A DNA stretch of 64,000 bases from contig CAVTMK010000002.1 of the NCBI GenBank assembly GCA_963735805.1, positions 576,001-640,000 on the forward strand, given 5' to 3'. The notes under the pieces are model-generated. The model worked only from the letters and a program-made list of their open reading frames with translations, was not told the origin of the DNA and ran no database searches. The translations under genes were made by a program, and so were the position numbers. Positions 40,797 through 49,279 of this stretch are shown in pieces (within the stretch, counting starts at the first letter, position 1; each line of letters opens with the position of its first letter). The stretch is from an uncultured Verrucomicrobiae bacterium. GTDB lineage: Bacteria > Verrucomicrobiota > Verrucomicrobiia > Chthoniobacterales > UBA10450.

Positions 40797-40880
40797 GGGT
40801 AGGTACCGAAGTGGCCAAACGGGGCAGACTGTAAATCTGCTGGCTTTACGCCTTCGCTGGTTCGAATCCAGCCCTGCCCA
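40797..40880 (+). tRNA. tRNA-Tyr(GTA)
   Basis: GGGTAGG/CCTGCCC acceptor stem, GCAGA-CTGTAAA-TCTGC anticodon arm, long variable arm, GGTTCGAATCC; no encoded CCA. Confidence 0.95.
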
Positions 40881-40906
40881 AATTTTCGTCAAGACGCCTT
40901 GATGGG

Positions 40907-40982
40907 TTGTAGCCGCCTCGATGCGTCGAGGCGCTCTCGGGCGGTCAACAACGGGCCCGGCGACACAGCGCCGTGGCTACAA
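40907..40982. repeat. REP-like element (GTAG-type)
   Basis: TTGTAGCC...GGCTACAA terminal inverted repeat with internal GCCTCGA/TCGAGGC hairpin. Confidence 0.7.
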
Positions 40983-41008
40983 AACGACTTGGAAGTGCGT
41001 GCGAATTC

Positions 41009-41365
41009 TTAGTACCCTCTGCGCTGGCCACCTTCGCGGCGTCCACCGTAACCACCGCCACCGCCACCACCGCCGCCACCGCCGTAGCCACGTCCACCGC
41101 CGCCGGGGGGTCGCGGTTCCCGCGGACGAGCCTCATTCACCGTCAATGCCCGGCCTTCAACCGTTTGTCCGTTGAGTTTCGAGATGGCGTTTTGAGCGTC
41201 CTCTTCGGAACTCATCGTGACAAAAGCAAAGCCGCGCGATTTGCCGGTGAATTTGTCTTGCATCAGGCTAACTTCCTGCACAGTGCCTGCCTGTGCGAAA
41301 AGTTCCTGCAGTTCGTTTTCCGTCGTATTGAAGGAAAGATTGCCTACGTATAGTTTAGTTCCCAT
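41009..41365 (-). CDS. RRM RNA-binding protein with Gly-rich tail
   Basis: KLYVGNL (RNP2), RGFAFV (RNP1), VNEARP, Gly/Arg tail. Confidence 0.93.
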   Translation of the reverse strand: MGTKLYVGNLSFNTTENELQELFAQAGTVQEVSLMQDKFTGKSRGFAFVTMSSEEDAQNAISKLNGQTVEGRALTVNEARPREPRPPGGGGRGYGGGGGGGGGGGYGGRREGGQRRGY

Positions 41366-41441
41366 TGAGTTTATTCTGGAAAAGGCCGCCAGGTCACTGT
41401 TCCCGCTTATCGGATTTCAAATCGCCACTGAATAAACTCAA
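41365..41441 (-). promoter_or_regulatory. Putative structured 5' leader pairing over the start codon of the RRM gene
   Basis: Perfect 12-bp inverted repeat TTGAGTTTATTC (41365-76) / GAATAAACTCAA (41430-41). Confidence 0.55.
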
Positions 41442-41548
41442 CTGACAATCCACCAAGTTCCAGGCTTCCGTTTCCGGTTCGGTTCATTTGTAAAATGCTT
41501 CTACAAGGAAAGCAATAGAAAATAGCGTAACAATTTTTGCCCTTCTAC

Positions 41549-42778
41549 ATGGCCCAATTAGCTAGTTCGACGGGAGAAAAGCTCGCTCAGCGGGTGGCAG
41601 TCGTGGCTGCAGGAGTGGTGAGTCCATTGGGGTTTGGACTGGCGGAGACACTCGATTCGTTGCGGAGGGCGAAAGACTGCGTCACTCAGGTAACACGATT
41701 TTCAGTAGCAGAATGCCGTTGCAAAACAGCCGGCCAGGTGCCTGACGATCGCCTCGTTACCGGTGTGAATAAAAGACTTCGCGCCAAACGGTTGCATCGA
41801 GCGTCGCATATGATGATTCGCGCGCTACGAGAGGCTGTAGCGCAAATGCCCCGATTTGAACCGGAACTAACCGTGATCGGAACGACAAGCGGCGGCATGT
41901 CCTATGGAGAGCGCTATTACCGGTCGCTGCGTCAATCAGGGGATCTCCGACATGCACCAACGTGGATCGCTAATTACCCGGCACAAAAACCCGTAATCGA
42001 CGCGCAGGAGGAGGTTCTCGGGATTTCTGTGCCATGTCAGGTGATTGCGAACGCCTGTGCCTCCGGCACAAATGCAATCGGCCATGCATTCGAATGCGTC
42101 CGATCGGGACGCTACCAGCGCGTATTGACCGGAGGCTACGACGCTCTTTCGGAACTGGTCTTCACTGGCTTCGATTCACTCCAAGCCTCGACGCCTGAGA
42201 AGTGCCGCCCGTTTGATCGACATCGCGCCGGCATGGTGCTGGGTGAAGGTGCCGCCATTCTCGCACTGGAAAACCTCGACCTCGCTCGAAAGCGTGGCGC
42301 GCCCGTCCTCGGAGAAATTGTCGGTTACGGAATTTCAACGGATAATTTTCACATCACCCAGCCGAATCCTTCCGGTATTGGACCGCGACAGGCAATGGAG
42401 CGAGCTCTCCAGAGCGCGCATATCTCATCGGCAGAAGTGGATTACATTAACGCGCACGGAACCGCCACGACATTTAATGATGCAGCGGAAGGGAAGGCAA
42501 TCAGCGCGTTGTTCAATGGCGTGCCAGTAAGTTCGACCAAGAGTATGATGGGTCATTCCCTGGGGGCCGCGGGCGCGATCGAAGCCGTTTTCTGTTTGCT
42601 GGCGCTCAAAGATCAATTTCTTCCTGCCAACATCAATTTTGGCGCCCTGGATGAAGATCTTGATCTAAACATCGTAGCGAATGAGTCGCGGCCGGCTACT
42701 GTCCGCACGGCGCTTTCGAATTCCTTTGGTTTCGGCGGCACGAATGCTTCGATTCTGATGCGTAGGATTGGAGCATGA
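41549..42778 (+). CDS. Beta-ketoacyl-ACP synthase (FabF-like, catalytic triad intact)
   Basis: NACASG, NAHGT, MGHSLG, NSFGFGGTN. Confidence 0.88.
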   Translation: MAQLASSTGEKLAQRVAVVAAGVVSPLGFGLAETLDSLRRAKDCVTQVTRFSVAECRCKTAGQVPDDRLVTGVNKRLRAKRLHRASHMMIRALREAVAQMPRFEPELTVIGTTSGGMSYGERYYRSLRQSGDLRHAPTWIANYPAQKPVIDAQEEVLGISVPCQVIANACASGTNAIGHAFECVRSGRYQRVLTGGYDALSELVFTGFDSLQASTPEKCRPFDRHRAGMVLGEGAAILALENLDLARKRGAPVLGEIVGYGISTDNFHITQPNPSGIGPRQAMERALQSAHISSAEVDYINAHGTATTFNDAAEGKAISALFNGVPVSSTKSMMGHSLGAAGAIEAVFCLLALKDQFLPANINFGALDEDLDLNIVANESRPATVRTALSNSFGFGGTNASILMRRIGA

Positions 42779-43902
42779 GTCTGGCGATCGCCGGAATGGG
42801 GTGGGTGACCCCTCTTGGAAATGGCGCCGATTCAATATGGCAGCGGTTGCTCGATGGCCATGAGGCATCCCCGACCACGATTTCCGAACAATTTGGGAAT
42901 CGATCATACGATGCTTTTCGCGTGCCCGAATCGGCCCTGACGGGCTTGGCTCATCCACGTCTTCGGCGGGCGAGTTTGATTTCGCGATTTGCCGCAGCGG
43001 CAGGTTTGGAAGCGTTGAAGGCGGCTGGAGTAGAGGTGGAATCGGAGAATGCGGAACGAATTGCGCTAATATTCGCGATCTCGAACGGAGGCGTGATCTA
43101 CACAAAGCGCTTCTATCGCGATATTGTGGAGGCAGGTGCGCAGTCAGCCAGCCCGCTTTTGTTTCCAGAAACAGTCTTTAACGCACCAGCGAGCCATCTT
43201 GCGGCAATCCTAAGTGTTGCCGGTGTCACTTACACCGTAGTCGGCGACGGAGCTGTGGGACTCTTGGCGATAAAAATGGCTGAGGATGTGATGGCAAATG
43301 AAGCTCTTGATTATTGCCTGGTCGTGGGGACAGAGGAGGTTGATTGGGTGTTGTGCGACGCGTACCGGCGATGGCGGTTGCTTCGCCTGGCGCCTCCAAT
43401 TGAGCCATTCAGCAAACGCGAGCGAGGGATGATTTTGAGCGAGGGAGCTGGTGCAATTCTACTCGGACGAAGCGGTTCGGTTACAATCGAACGGACTCAT
43501 CCGGGCGGCTGCTACGGAAAGAGAGCGCAAGCAGAGGAGATTCTGAAGCGAATGCTGAGGGACCTCAATCAAACCGAAACCGACTTTGTGATCTCGAGCG
43601 CTAACGGCACGTTCATCGATCAAGCAGAGAAGCGAGCGTTGGAGCAGCTCATTCCGGATGCAGTTATCTACACAGCAAAGCCGGCGTTGGGCGAAAGCAT
43701 AGGCGCCTCGGGGCTATGGCAAGTCATCGTGGGAGCCCAGGCCTTGCGATGTCGGGAGCTTCCACCGGTGCTTCACGCTGATCCGAACATTTCGTTGCGA
43801 CTTTCGCGTTCGCGCATGCCTTTGTCGGGTGCGCACCGTGCAATCATCTTAAGCTCTGGAGTCAATCAACAGCTGGCCGGTTTGCGACTGGTCCTTCGCT
43901 GA
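42775..43902 (+). CDS. Catalytically inactive ketosynthase-like protein (chain-length-factor type)
   Basis: SPLLFPETVFNAPA, SEGAGAILL; Cys/His/His positions read GDGAVG, SANGT, LGES. Confidence 0.75.
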   Translation: MSLAIAGMGWVTPLGNGADSIWQRLLDGHEASPTTISEQFGNRSYDAFRVPESALTGLAHPRLRRASLISRFAAAAGLEALKAAGVEVESENAERIALIFAISNGGVIYTKRFYRDIVEAGAQSASPLLFPETVFNAPASHLAAILSVAGVTYTVVGDGAVGLLAIKMAEDVMANEALDYCLVVGTEEVDWVLCDAYRRWRLLRLAPPIEPFSKRERGMILSEGAGAILLGRSGSVTIERTHPGGCYGKRAQAEEILKRMLRDLNQTETDFVISSANGTFIDQAEKRALEQLIPDAVIYTAKPALGESIGASGLWQVIVGAQALRCRELPPVLHADPNISLRLSRSRMPLSGAHRAIILSSGVNQQLAGLRLVLR

Positions 43903-43986
43903 TATCGCAGCCCCATTGGCGACTCGCAGCCTTCGGATGCTCCAAGCATTTGTTGTCGCTTGGGATTCGCCTGCTCAGAATTGAAT

Positions 43987-44451
43987 TCAACAAAGCGGGA
44001 CCAGTCTCCAGGTGAATTTTTTGTCGGCGATTTCAAGCCATGCCACACTCGGCGGTGCGCCTTGGTTGGCTCGCGTCACGCAACCGGGGTTCAAAAACAG
44101 CACGCTTCCGCGCTTTTCGTTTCGCGGAACGTGCGTGTGTCCGTGCAGAAAAACGTCGACCTCAGCTGGCAAGTAATCAGGCGGTATGTGTTGGAGACGA
44201 AACCTCAATCGGCCTCGCACAAGATCGGCAACCAGCGGCCATTCCCCATTGCTGTCGCAGTTTCCTCGCACGACTGTGAGTTGCGGCACAATTGCGCGAA
44301 GCTCGTCGAGAATTGTCTCCGTGCAAACGTCGCCGAGATGCCAGATTTCATCTGCATTTGTGGCGATTCCTCTCACTTTTTCAGGTAAACGATTGTGCGT
44401 ATCCGCCAGGACCAAGATGCGCGATGTATCCTTTGATTTTTTCCCATTCAT
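43987..44451 (-). CDS. Metallophosphoesterase (YfcE family)
   Basis: DTH, HLGD, RGNCD, HGHTH, NPG. Confidence 0.9.
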   Translation of the reverse strand: MNGKKSKDTSRILVLADTHNRLPEKVRGIATNADEIWHLGDVCTETILDELRAIVPQLTVVRGNCDSNGEWPLVADLVRGRLRFRLQHIPPDYLPAEVDVFLHGHTHVPRNEKRGSVLFLNPGCVTRANQGAPPSVAWLEIADKKFTWRLVPLC

Positions 44452-44521
44452 GCCGTTTTAGCCTCTCTCACTGCGTTGATTTGCGCGGTGGTGGATGTTA
44501 CGTAGCCTCGTCCGCCTCTCC

Positions 44522-47284
44522 ATGAGTCAGAACTACAAAAATACTCTTAATTTGCCACGCACGGAATTTCCGATGAAGGCGAATCTCGCCGCGCGCGAAC
44601 CGGAAATGCTGCGCGTGTGGGAGGAGACACGACTCTATCAACAGATCCAGAGGTCGAGGCAGGGTCACGAGCTGTTTGTGCTCCACGACGGTCCACCATT
44701 CGCCAATGGAGATGTGCACATGGGAACGGCGCTCAACAAAATCCTTAAAGATTTCGTAGTGAAATCGCAGACTATGCTGGGTAAACGCGCTCCGTACGTG
44801 CCGGGCTGGGATTGTCATGGTCTGCCCATCGAATACAAGGTAGTGAAGGAATCCCGGGACCTTTCACCGCTCGAAGTTCGCAAGAGATCGGAAGCGTTTG
44901 CCTGGAAATTCGTTAATATCCAGCGCGAGCAATTCAAACGGCTGGGCGTCTTCGGCGATTGGGAGAACCCGTATCTCACGATGGCCCCCAAATACGAGGC
45001 GGAAATCCTTCGTGCCTTCGCCGTATTCGTCGAAAAAGGTCTCGTTTATCAATCTCAAAAGCCAGTGTTTTGGAGCACCGGTGCGCAGACCGCACTGGCC
45101 GAGGCCGAGGTAGAATACCAGGAGCGTGATGACATAGCGGTTTACGTGCGATTCCCGCTTTCTCCCGAGCAACTGGCGAAAATCGGTTTACCACCCGACA
45201 AACCAATCAGCGTTGCGATTTGGACAACGACACCATGGACCCTGCCCGCGAACCTAGCGATTGCAGTGGATCCTAACGCCGAATACGAAATCCTGGGCAA
45301 CGAGCATGAGCGAGTGATCGTTGCCCGCAAGCTTCGCGATCAATTCATTCAGCAAACTGGTTTCGAGCCCGGCAACGAATCGACTTTTGTTGGTGGCAAG
45401 CAGCTGGTTGGGCTTCAGGCGCAACATCCATTTCTCGACCGAAAATCATCAATATTGGCTGCGGATTTTGTAACCATGGATACGGGCACAGGCTTGGTGC
45501 ATATCGCGCCGGGCCACGGCGAGGACGACTACTGGTTAGGCAGGGCTAACGGCTTGGAAATTCTTTCGCCTGTTGACGATCACGGACGCTTTACCGACGA
45601 AGCGAGTTTGCCAAATCTCACTGGGAAATATGTGTTCGACGCTAACACGGACATTGTCCATTTGTTGCGCGAGCGGAAAATGTTGCTTGGCCAACAGAAT
45701 TTTCATCATTCTTACCCTTACTGTTGGCGCTCGAAGACACCGATCATCTTTCGCAATGTGGAGCAGTTCTTTATTCGGATCGATGAGCTCCGCGGGAAAG
45801 CGCTTGATGCCATTCATAACGAAGTGAAATGGGTTCCAGCGTGGGGTGAAAACCGCATCGCGGGCACTGTTGAATCTCGCCCCGACTGGGTGATTTCGCG
45901 CCAACGAAGCTGGGGCGTACCGCTTCCTGTTTTCTATTCGAAGGATGGAGAAGCAATTCTCGATGCTAAAATTATCCGCAAGCTGGCAGATCTGGTTGCA
46001 GCGCGGGGTTCAAATATCTGGTTCGAATTGAACGACGTCGACCTTGCCAAGCAACTTGGTCTTCCGCCGGGGACAACAAAACGCAACGATACAATCGATG
46101 TTTGGATCGACAGCGGTGTCTCGCACAAGGCGGTCTGCGCGTTGCATCCAGAGCTGCGCGATCCAGCCGATATGTATCTCGAAGCCACCGATCAACATCG
46201 CGGCTGGTTTCAATCGTCGCTGATGACGAGCATCGCCCTCAATAATCGCGCGCCATACAAAATTTGTTTGACCCACGGTTTCGTCGTCGATCTCGACGGA
46301 AAGAAAATTTCCAAGTCTGCCGCGTACGAGAAGCCGATGGATGCGGGCCATTTTGTGGAAAAACACGGCGCGGACCTGGTGCGATTGTGGGCGAGCAGTA
46401 TCGATTACACTGCTGACGTTCCTTTTTCCGAGGAGATTTTCACCCGTCTGGGCGACACGTATCGCCGGATTCGAAATACGCTGCGGATTTTGCTCGGAAA
46501 CCTTTACGATTCTCGTGTAGCCGCGGTCGCTGACCGCGGACCGCAGTCAACCCGCGCAAGCGCAACCCTAATCGATCGCTGGATTTTAGAGCGTTTGAAC
46601 CAGGTGATCGCTGATTGTCGATCAGCATATGAAGCGTTCGAGTTCCACAAGGTCTATCACGTGTTGAATCAGTTTTGCGCCGTCGACTTAAGTAGCCTCT
46701 ACATCGATATCACCAAGGATCGGATGTATTGCGACGCGGCAGATTCGCCTCGCCGTCGGGCAACACAAACAGTCATGCGTGAAGTATTCGACGCCCTGTG
46801 CCGATTACTTGCGCCGGTTCTCGTTTTCACCGCCGAGGAGTCGTGGCGACATTCGGCGGCTGGCGGTTCAGTTCATCTGCAGGAATTTCCGCAGGTAGAC
46901 TATCGAGGGCGCGAGGCAAGCGATCAGGTTGCGGAACTTCTCAAATTACGCGGCATAATCGGTCAGGCGATCGAGCAGGCGCGGCAGGAAAAGGTAATCG
47001 GGAATGCTCTCGAAGCGGCGGTCGTGTTGCATTCAAACTCCGATGTCACGAGCAAGATTAGCAAAGAGGAGTTGGAGGAATTCTTTATCCTAAGCGATTT
47101 GACCATCCGCCAATCGGAGGAAGCCGGCGCGTTGGTCACCAAGACGGCGTATAAAAAATGTGCCCGTTGTTGGCGTCATCGCCCAGCCGTCGGCACAAGT
47201 AAAGAGCATCCCGATTTATGTGATCGATGCGAAGGCGTAGTAGAGGCGAGCAAGAGCAGCCTCATACAAGAGAGCGCCGACTGA
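44522..47284 (+). CDS. ileS: Isoleucine--tRNA ligase (IleRS1)
   Basis: DGPPFANG, GWDCHGLP, WTTTPWTLP, ISRQRSWG, DQHRGWF, C-terminal Zn finger. Confidence 0.96.
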   Translation: MSQNYKNTLNLPRTEFPMKANLAAREPEMLRVWEETRLYQQIQRSRQGHELFVLHDGPPFANGDVHMGTALNKILKDFVVKSQTMLGKRAPYVPGWDCHGLPIEYKVVKESRDLSPLEVRKRSEAFAWKFVNIQREQFKRLGVFGDWENPYLTMAPKYEAEILRAFAVFVEKGLVYQSQKPVFWSTGAQTALAEAEVEYQERDDIAVYVRFPLSPEQLAKIGLPPDKPISVAIWTTTPWTLPANLAIAVDPNAEYEILGNEHERVIVARKLRDQFIQQTGFEPGNESTFVGGKQLVGLQAQHPFLDRKSSILAADFVTMDTGTGLVHIAPGHGEDDYWLGRANGLEILSPVDDHGRFTDEASLPNLTGKYVFDANTDIVHLLRERKMLLGQQNFHHSYPYCWRSKTPIIFRNVEQFFIRIDELRGKALDAIHNEVKWVPAWGENRIAGTVESRPDWVISRQRSWGVPLPVFYSKDGEAILDAKIIRKLADLVAARGSNIWFELNDVDLAKQLGLPPGTTKRNDTIDVWIDSGVSHKAVCALHPELRDPADMYLEATDQHRGWFQSSLMTSIALNNRAPYKICLTHGFVVDLDGKKISKSAAYEKPMDAGHFVEKHGADLVRLWASSIDYTADVPFSEEIFTRLGDTYRRIRNTLRILLGNLYDSRVAAVADRGPQSTRASATLIDRWILERLNQVIADCRSAYEAFEFHKVYHVLNQFCAVDLSSLYIDITKDRMYCDAADSPRRRATQTVMREVFDALCRLLAPVLVFTAEESWRHSAAGGSVHLQEFPQVDYRGREASDQVAELLKLRGIIGQAIEQARQEKVIGNALEAAVVLHSNSDVTSKISKEELEEFFILSDLTIRQSEEAGALVTKTAYKKCARCWRHRPAVGTSKEHPDLCDRCEGVVEASKSSLIQESAD

Positions 47285-47301
47285 CGCCACGTCAATTGAT
47301 C

Positions 47302-47404
47302 TGTCATGTCGAGCGAATCGAGACATCTCTAATTATATAATGCGTGCCATCAAGAAAAGCAGTGAGAGATTCCTCGACTCTGCTTCGCTGCGCTCGGAAT
47401 AACA
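47302..47404. repeat. Palindromic repeat family A
   Basis: TGTCATGTCGAGCGAA...GAGATTCCTCGACT...CGCTCGGAATAACA; near reverse complement of 59154..59253. Confidence 0.7.
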
Positions 47405-47414
47405 AGATGTGAAT

Positions 47415-47882
47415 ATGAAATTCATTCTTTTCCTCTCACTTCCGCTTTACGCACTGGATCAGTTGACCAAGCAGGTAGTTCTGCGGTTCATTAGCTCTGA
47501 CCAGCCGCGCGTTCTGGTCGCCGATTTCTTCAGTTTGGTTAATGTGACCAACACCGGCGCGGCATTTGGCTCATTTAGAGGCAACAACACCTTTTTCATC
47601 GCCATTTCATCCGTTGCGCTTGTGGTTGTTCTGGGCCTCCTCCTGCAGGCGCGAACAGTTGATCGTTGGCGTGATATTTCTCTGGCGCTTCTTCTCGCCG
47701 GGATCCTGGGAAATCTTACTGATCGGCTTCTTTATGGGCATGTGATTGATTTTCTGCTTTTCGATTTGCACGTCCCATATGCGCATCCCTGGCCGGCCTT
47801 TAATGTCGCCGACTCCTGTATCTCGGTTGCGGTGGTGTTGTTTCTTATTCATTCCTTCTGGAGGCAGAAGAGCACTGATTAG
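47415..47882 (+). CDS. lspA: Lipoprotein signal peptidase
   Basis: DQLTK, NTGAAFG, GNLTDR, VIDF, FNVADS. Confidence 0.95.
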   Translation: MKFILFLSLPLYALDQLTKQVVLRFISSDQPRVLVADFFSLVNVTNTGAAFGSFRGNNTFFIAISSVALVVVLGLLLQARTVDRWRDISLALLLAGILGNLTDRLLYGHVIDFLLFDLHVPYAHPWPAFNVADSCISVAVVLFLIHSFWRQKSTD

Positions 47883-47938
47883 ACGCGCGCTGCGGTGATG
47901 CGTTGCGCTTCACGTCGCCAACCAGCTACAGTGACCGA

Positions 47939-49273
47939 ATGAAACCGACGCCGATGGAAGCCGCGGCGCGCAAGGTTGCTGAGCGCTTGCGCGAGAGCGG
48001 TCACATCGCGTATTTCGCCGGTGGTTGCGTGCGCGACATGGTGCGCGGGCTGACGCCAAAGGATTACGACATCGCCACGGATGCGCGACCGGAAGTGGTG
48101 CAGAGACTCTTTCCAAGGACCTATGCGGTCGGCGCGCATTTTGGTGTGATCATCGTTCTGGAAAACGATTTCCAATTCGAGGTGGCAACATTTCGGTCCG
48201 ACGACGCTTATATTGACGGACGGCACCCGACCGCAGTTCACTTTTCATCGCCCGAAGAGGATGCCCAGCGCCGGGATTTCACGATCAACGGAATGTTTTA
48301 CGATCCGGTCGCAGAGGACGTGATTGATTTCGTCGGTGGGCGCGCCGATATCGCGGCGAAATTGGTCCGTGCGATAGGCGATCCGGCGCAGCGTTTCGCG
48401 GAGGACCGGTTGCGAATGCTGCGCGCGGTACGGTTCGCGACGGTGCTCGATTACCAGATCGACAAGCAAACATGGGATGCGCTGGTCGCGAATGCTGCCT
48501 CAATCAATGAGATCAGCGCCGAACGAATTCGCGATGAGCTCGTGCGCATTTTTCTGTCGCCAAATCGCGGGCATGGATGGGACTTGCTCGACACAAGCGG
48601 ACTGATGCGTGCCGTTCTGCCTGAAATCGAATCGATGAAAGGGTGCGAACAGCCTGAGCAGTTTCATCCCGAAGGGGATGTTTTCAAGCATACGCGATTA
48701 ATGCTGGATTTTCTGACGGAAGAAGTTTCCGTGCCGCTCGTTTTTGCAGTCTTGTTTCATGACGTGGCCAAGCCGCGTACGGCAACGGTGGATGAAACCG
48801 GTCGAATTCGTTTTAGCGGGCATGATCGTCTAGGCGCGGAGATGACTGAAGAGATCATGCGGCGTTTGCGATTCTCTGGCGCTGAAATCGAGGATGCAGT
48901 CGAAATGGTGCGGCAGCATATGGTTTTCAAGGACGTGCCGAAGATGCGGGTGGCGAAACTAAAACGTTTCATGGCCCGGCCGACATTTAAAGACGAGCTC
49001 GAACTGCACCGGGTTGATTGCCAGGGCAGCCATCGCATGCTCGACAATCACGAATTTCTTCTCCGAAAACGCGCGGAATTCGCGAACGAACCGATTATTC
49101 CGCCGCCACTTGTACGAGGGGATGATCTGATTGCTCTCGGTTTAAGGCCGGGCCCAAAGTTTAGCGAGATTCTTGAAGCGATCGAGACGCGACAACTCGA
49201 AGGAACATTGCGCACTCGGGAGGAAGCGCTCGATTGGGTGAAGCGCGAATACTCGTTAGAGGATAGACATTAA
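47939..49273 (+). CDS. cca: CCA tRNA nucleotidyltransferase / poly(A) polymerase family with HD domain
   Basis: GGCVRD, DYDIAT, RRDFTIN, EDRLRMLRAVRF, HDVAKP. Confidence 0.85.
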   Translation: MKPTPMEAAARKVAERLRESGHIAYFAGGCVRDMVRGLTPKDYDIATDARPEVVQRLFPRTYAVGAHFGVIIVLENDFQFEVATFRSDDAYIDGRHPTAVHFSSPEEDAQRRDFTINGMFYDPVAEDVIDFVGGRADIAAKLVRAIGDPAQRFAEDRLRMLRAVRFATVLDYQIDKQTWDALVANAASINEISAERIRDELVRIFLSPNRGHGWDLLDTSGLMRAVLPEIESMKGCEQPEQFHPEGDVFKHTRLMLDFLTEEVSVPLVFAVLFHDVAKPRTATVDETGRIRFSGHDRLGAEMTEEIMRRLRFSGAEIEDAVEMVRQHMVFKDVPKMRVAKLKRFMARPTFKDELELHRVDCQGSHRMLDNHEFLLRKRAEFANEPIIPPPLVRGDDLIALGLRPGPKFSEILEAIETRQLEGTLRTREEALDWVKREYSLEDRH

Positions 49274-49279
49274 CATCCC

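Noticed and set aside
40797..40982. tRNA-Tyr as an integration site for an island or prophage
   Set aside because: No integrase and no duplicated tRNA 3' end seen; flanking genes are housekeeping.
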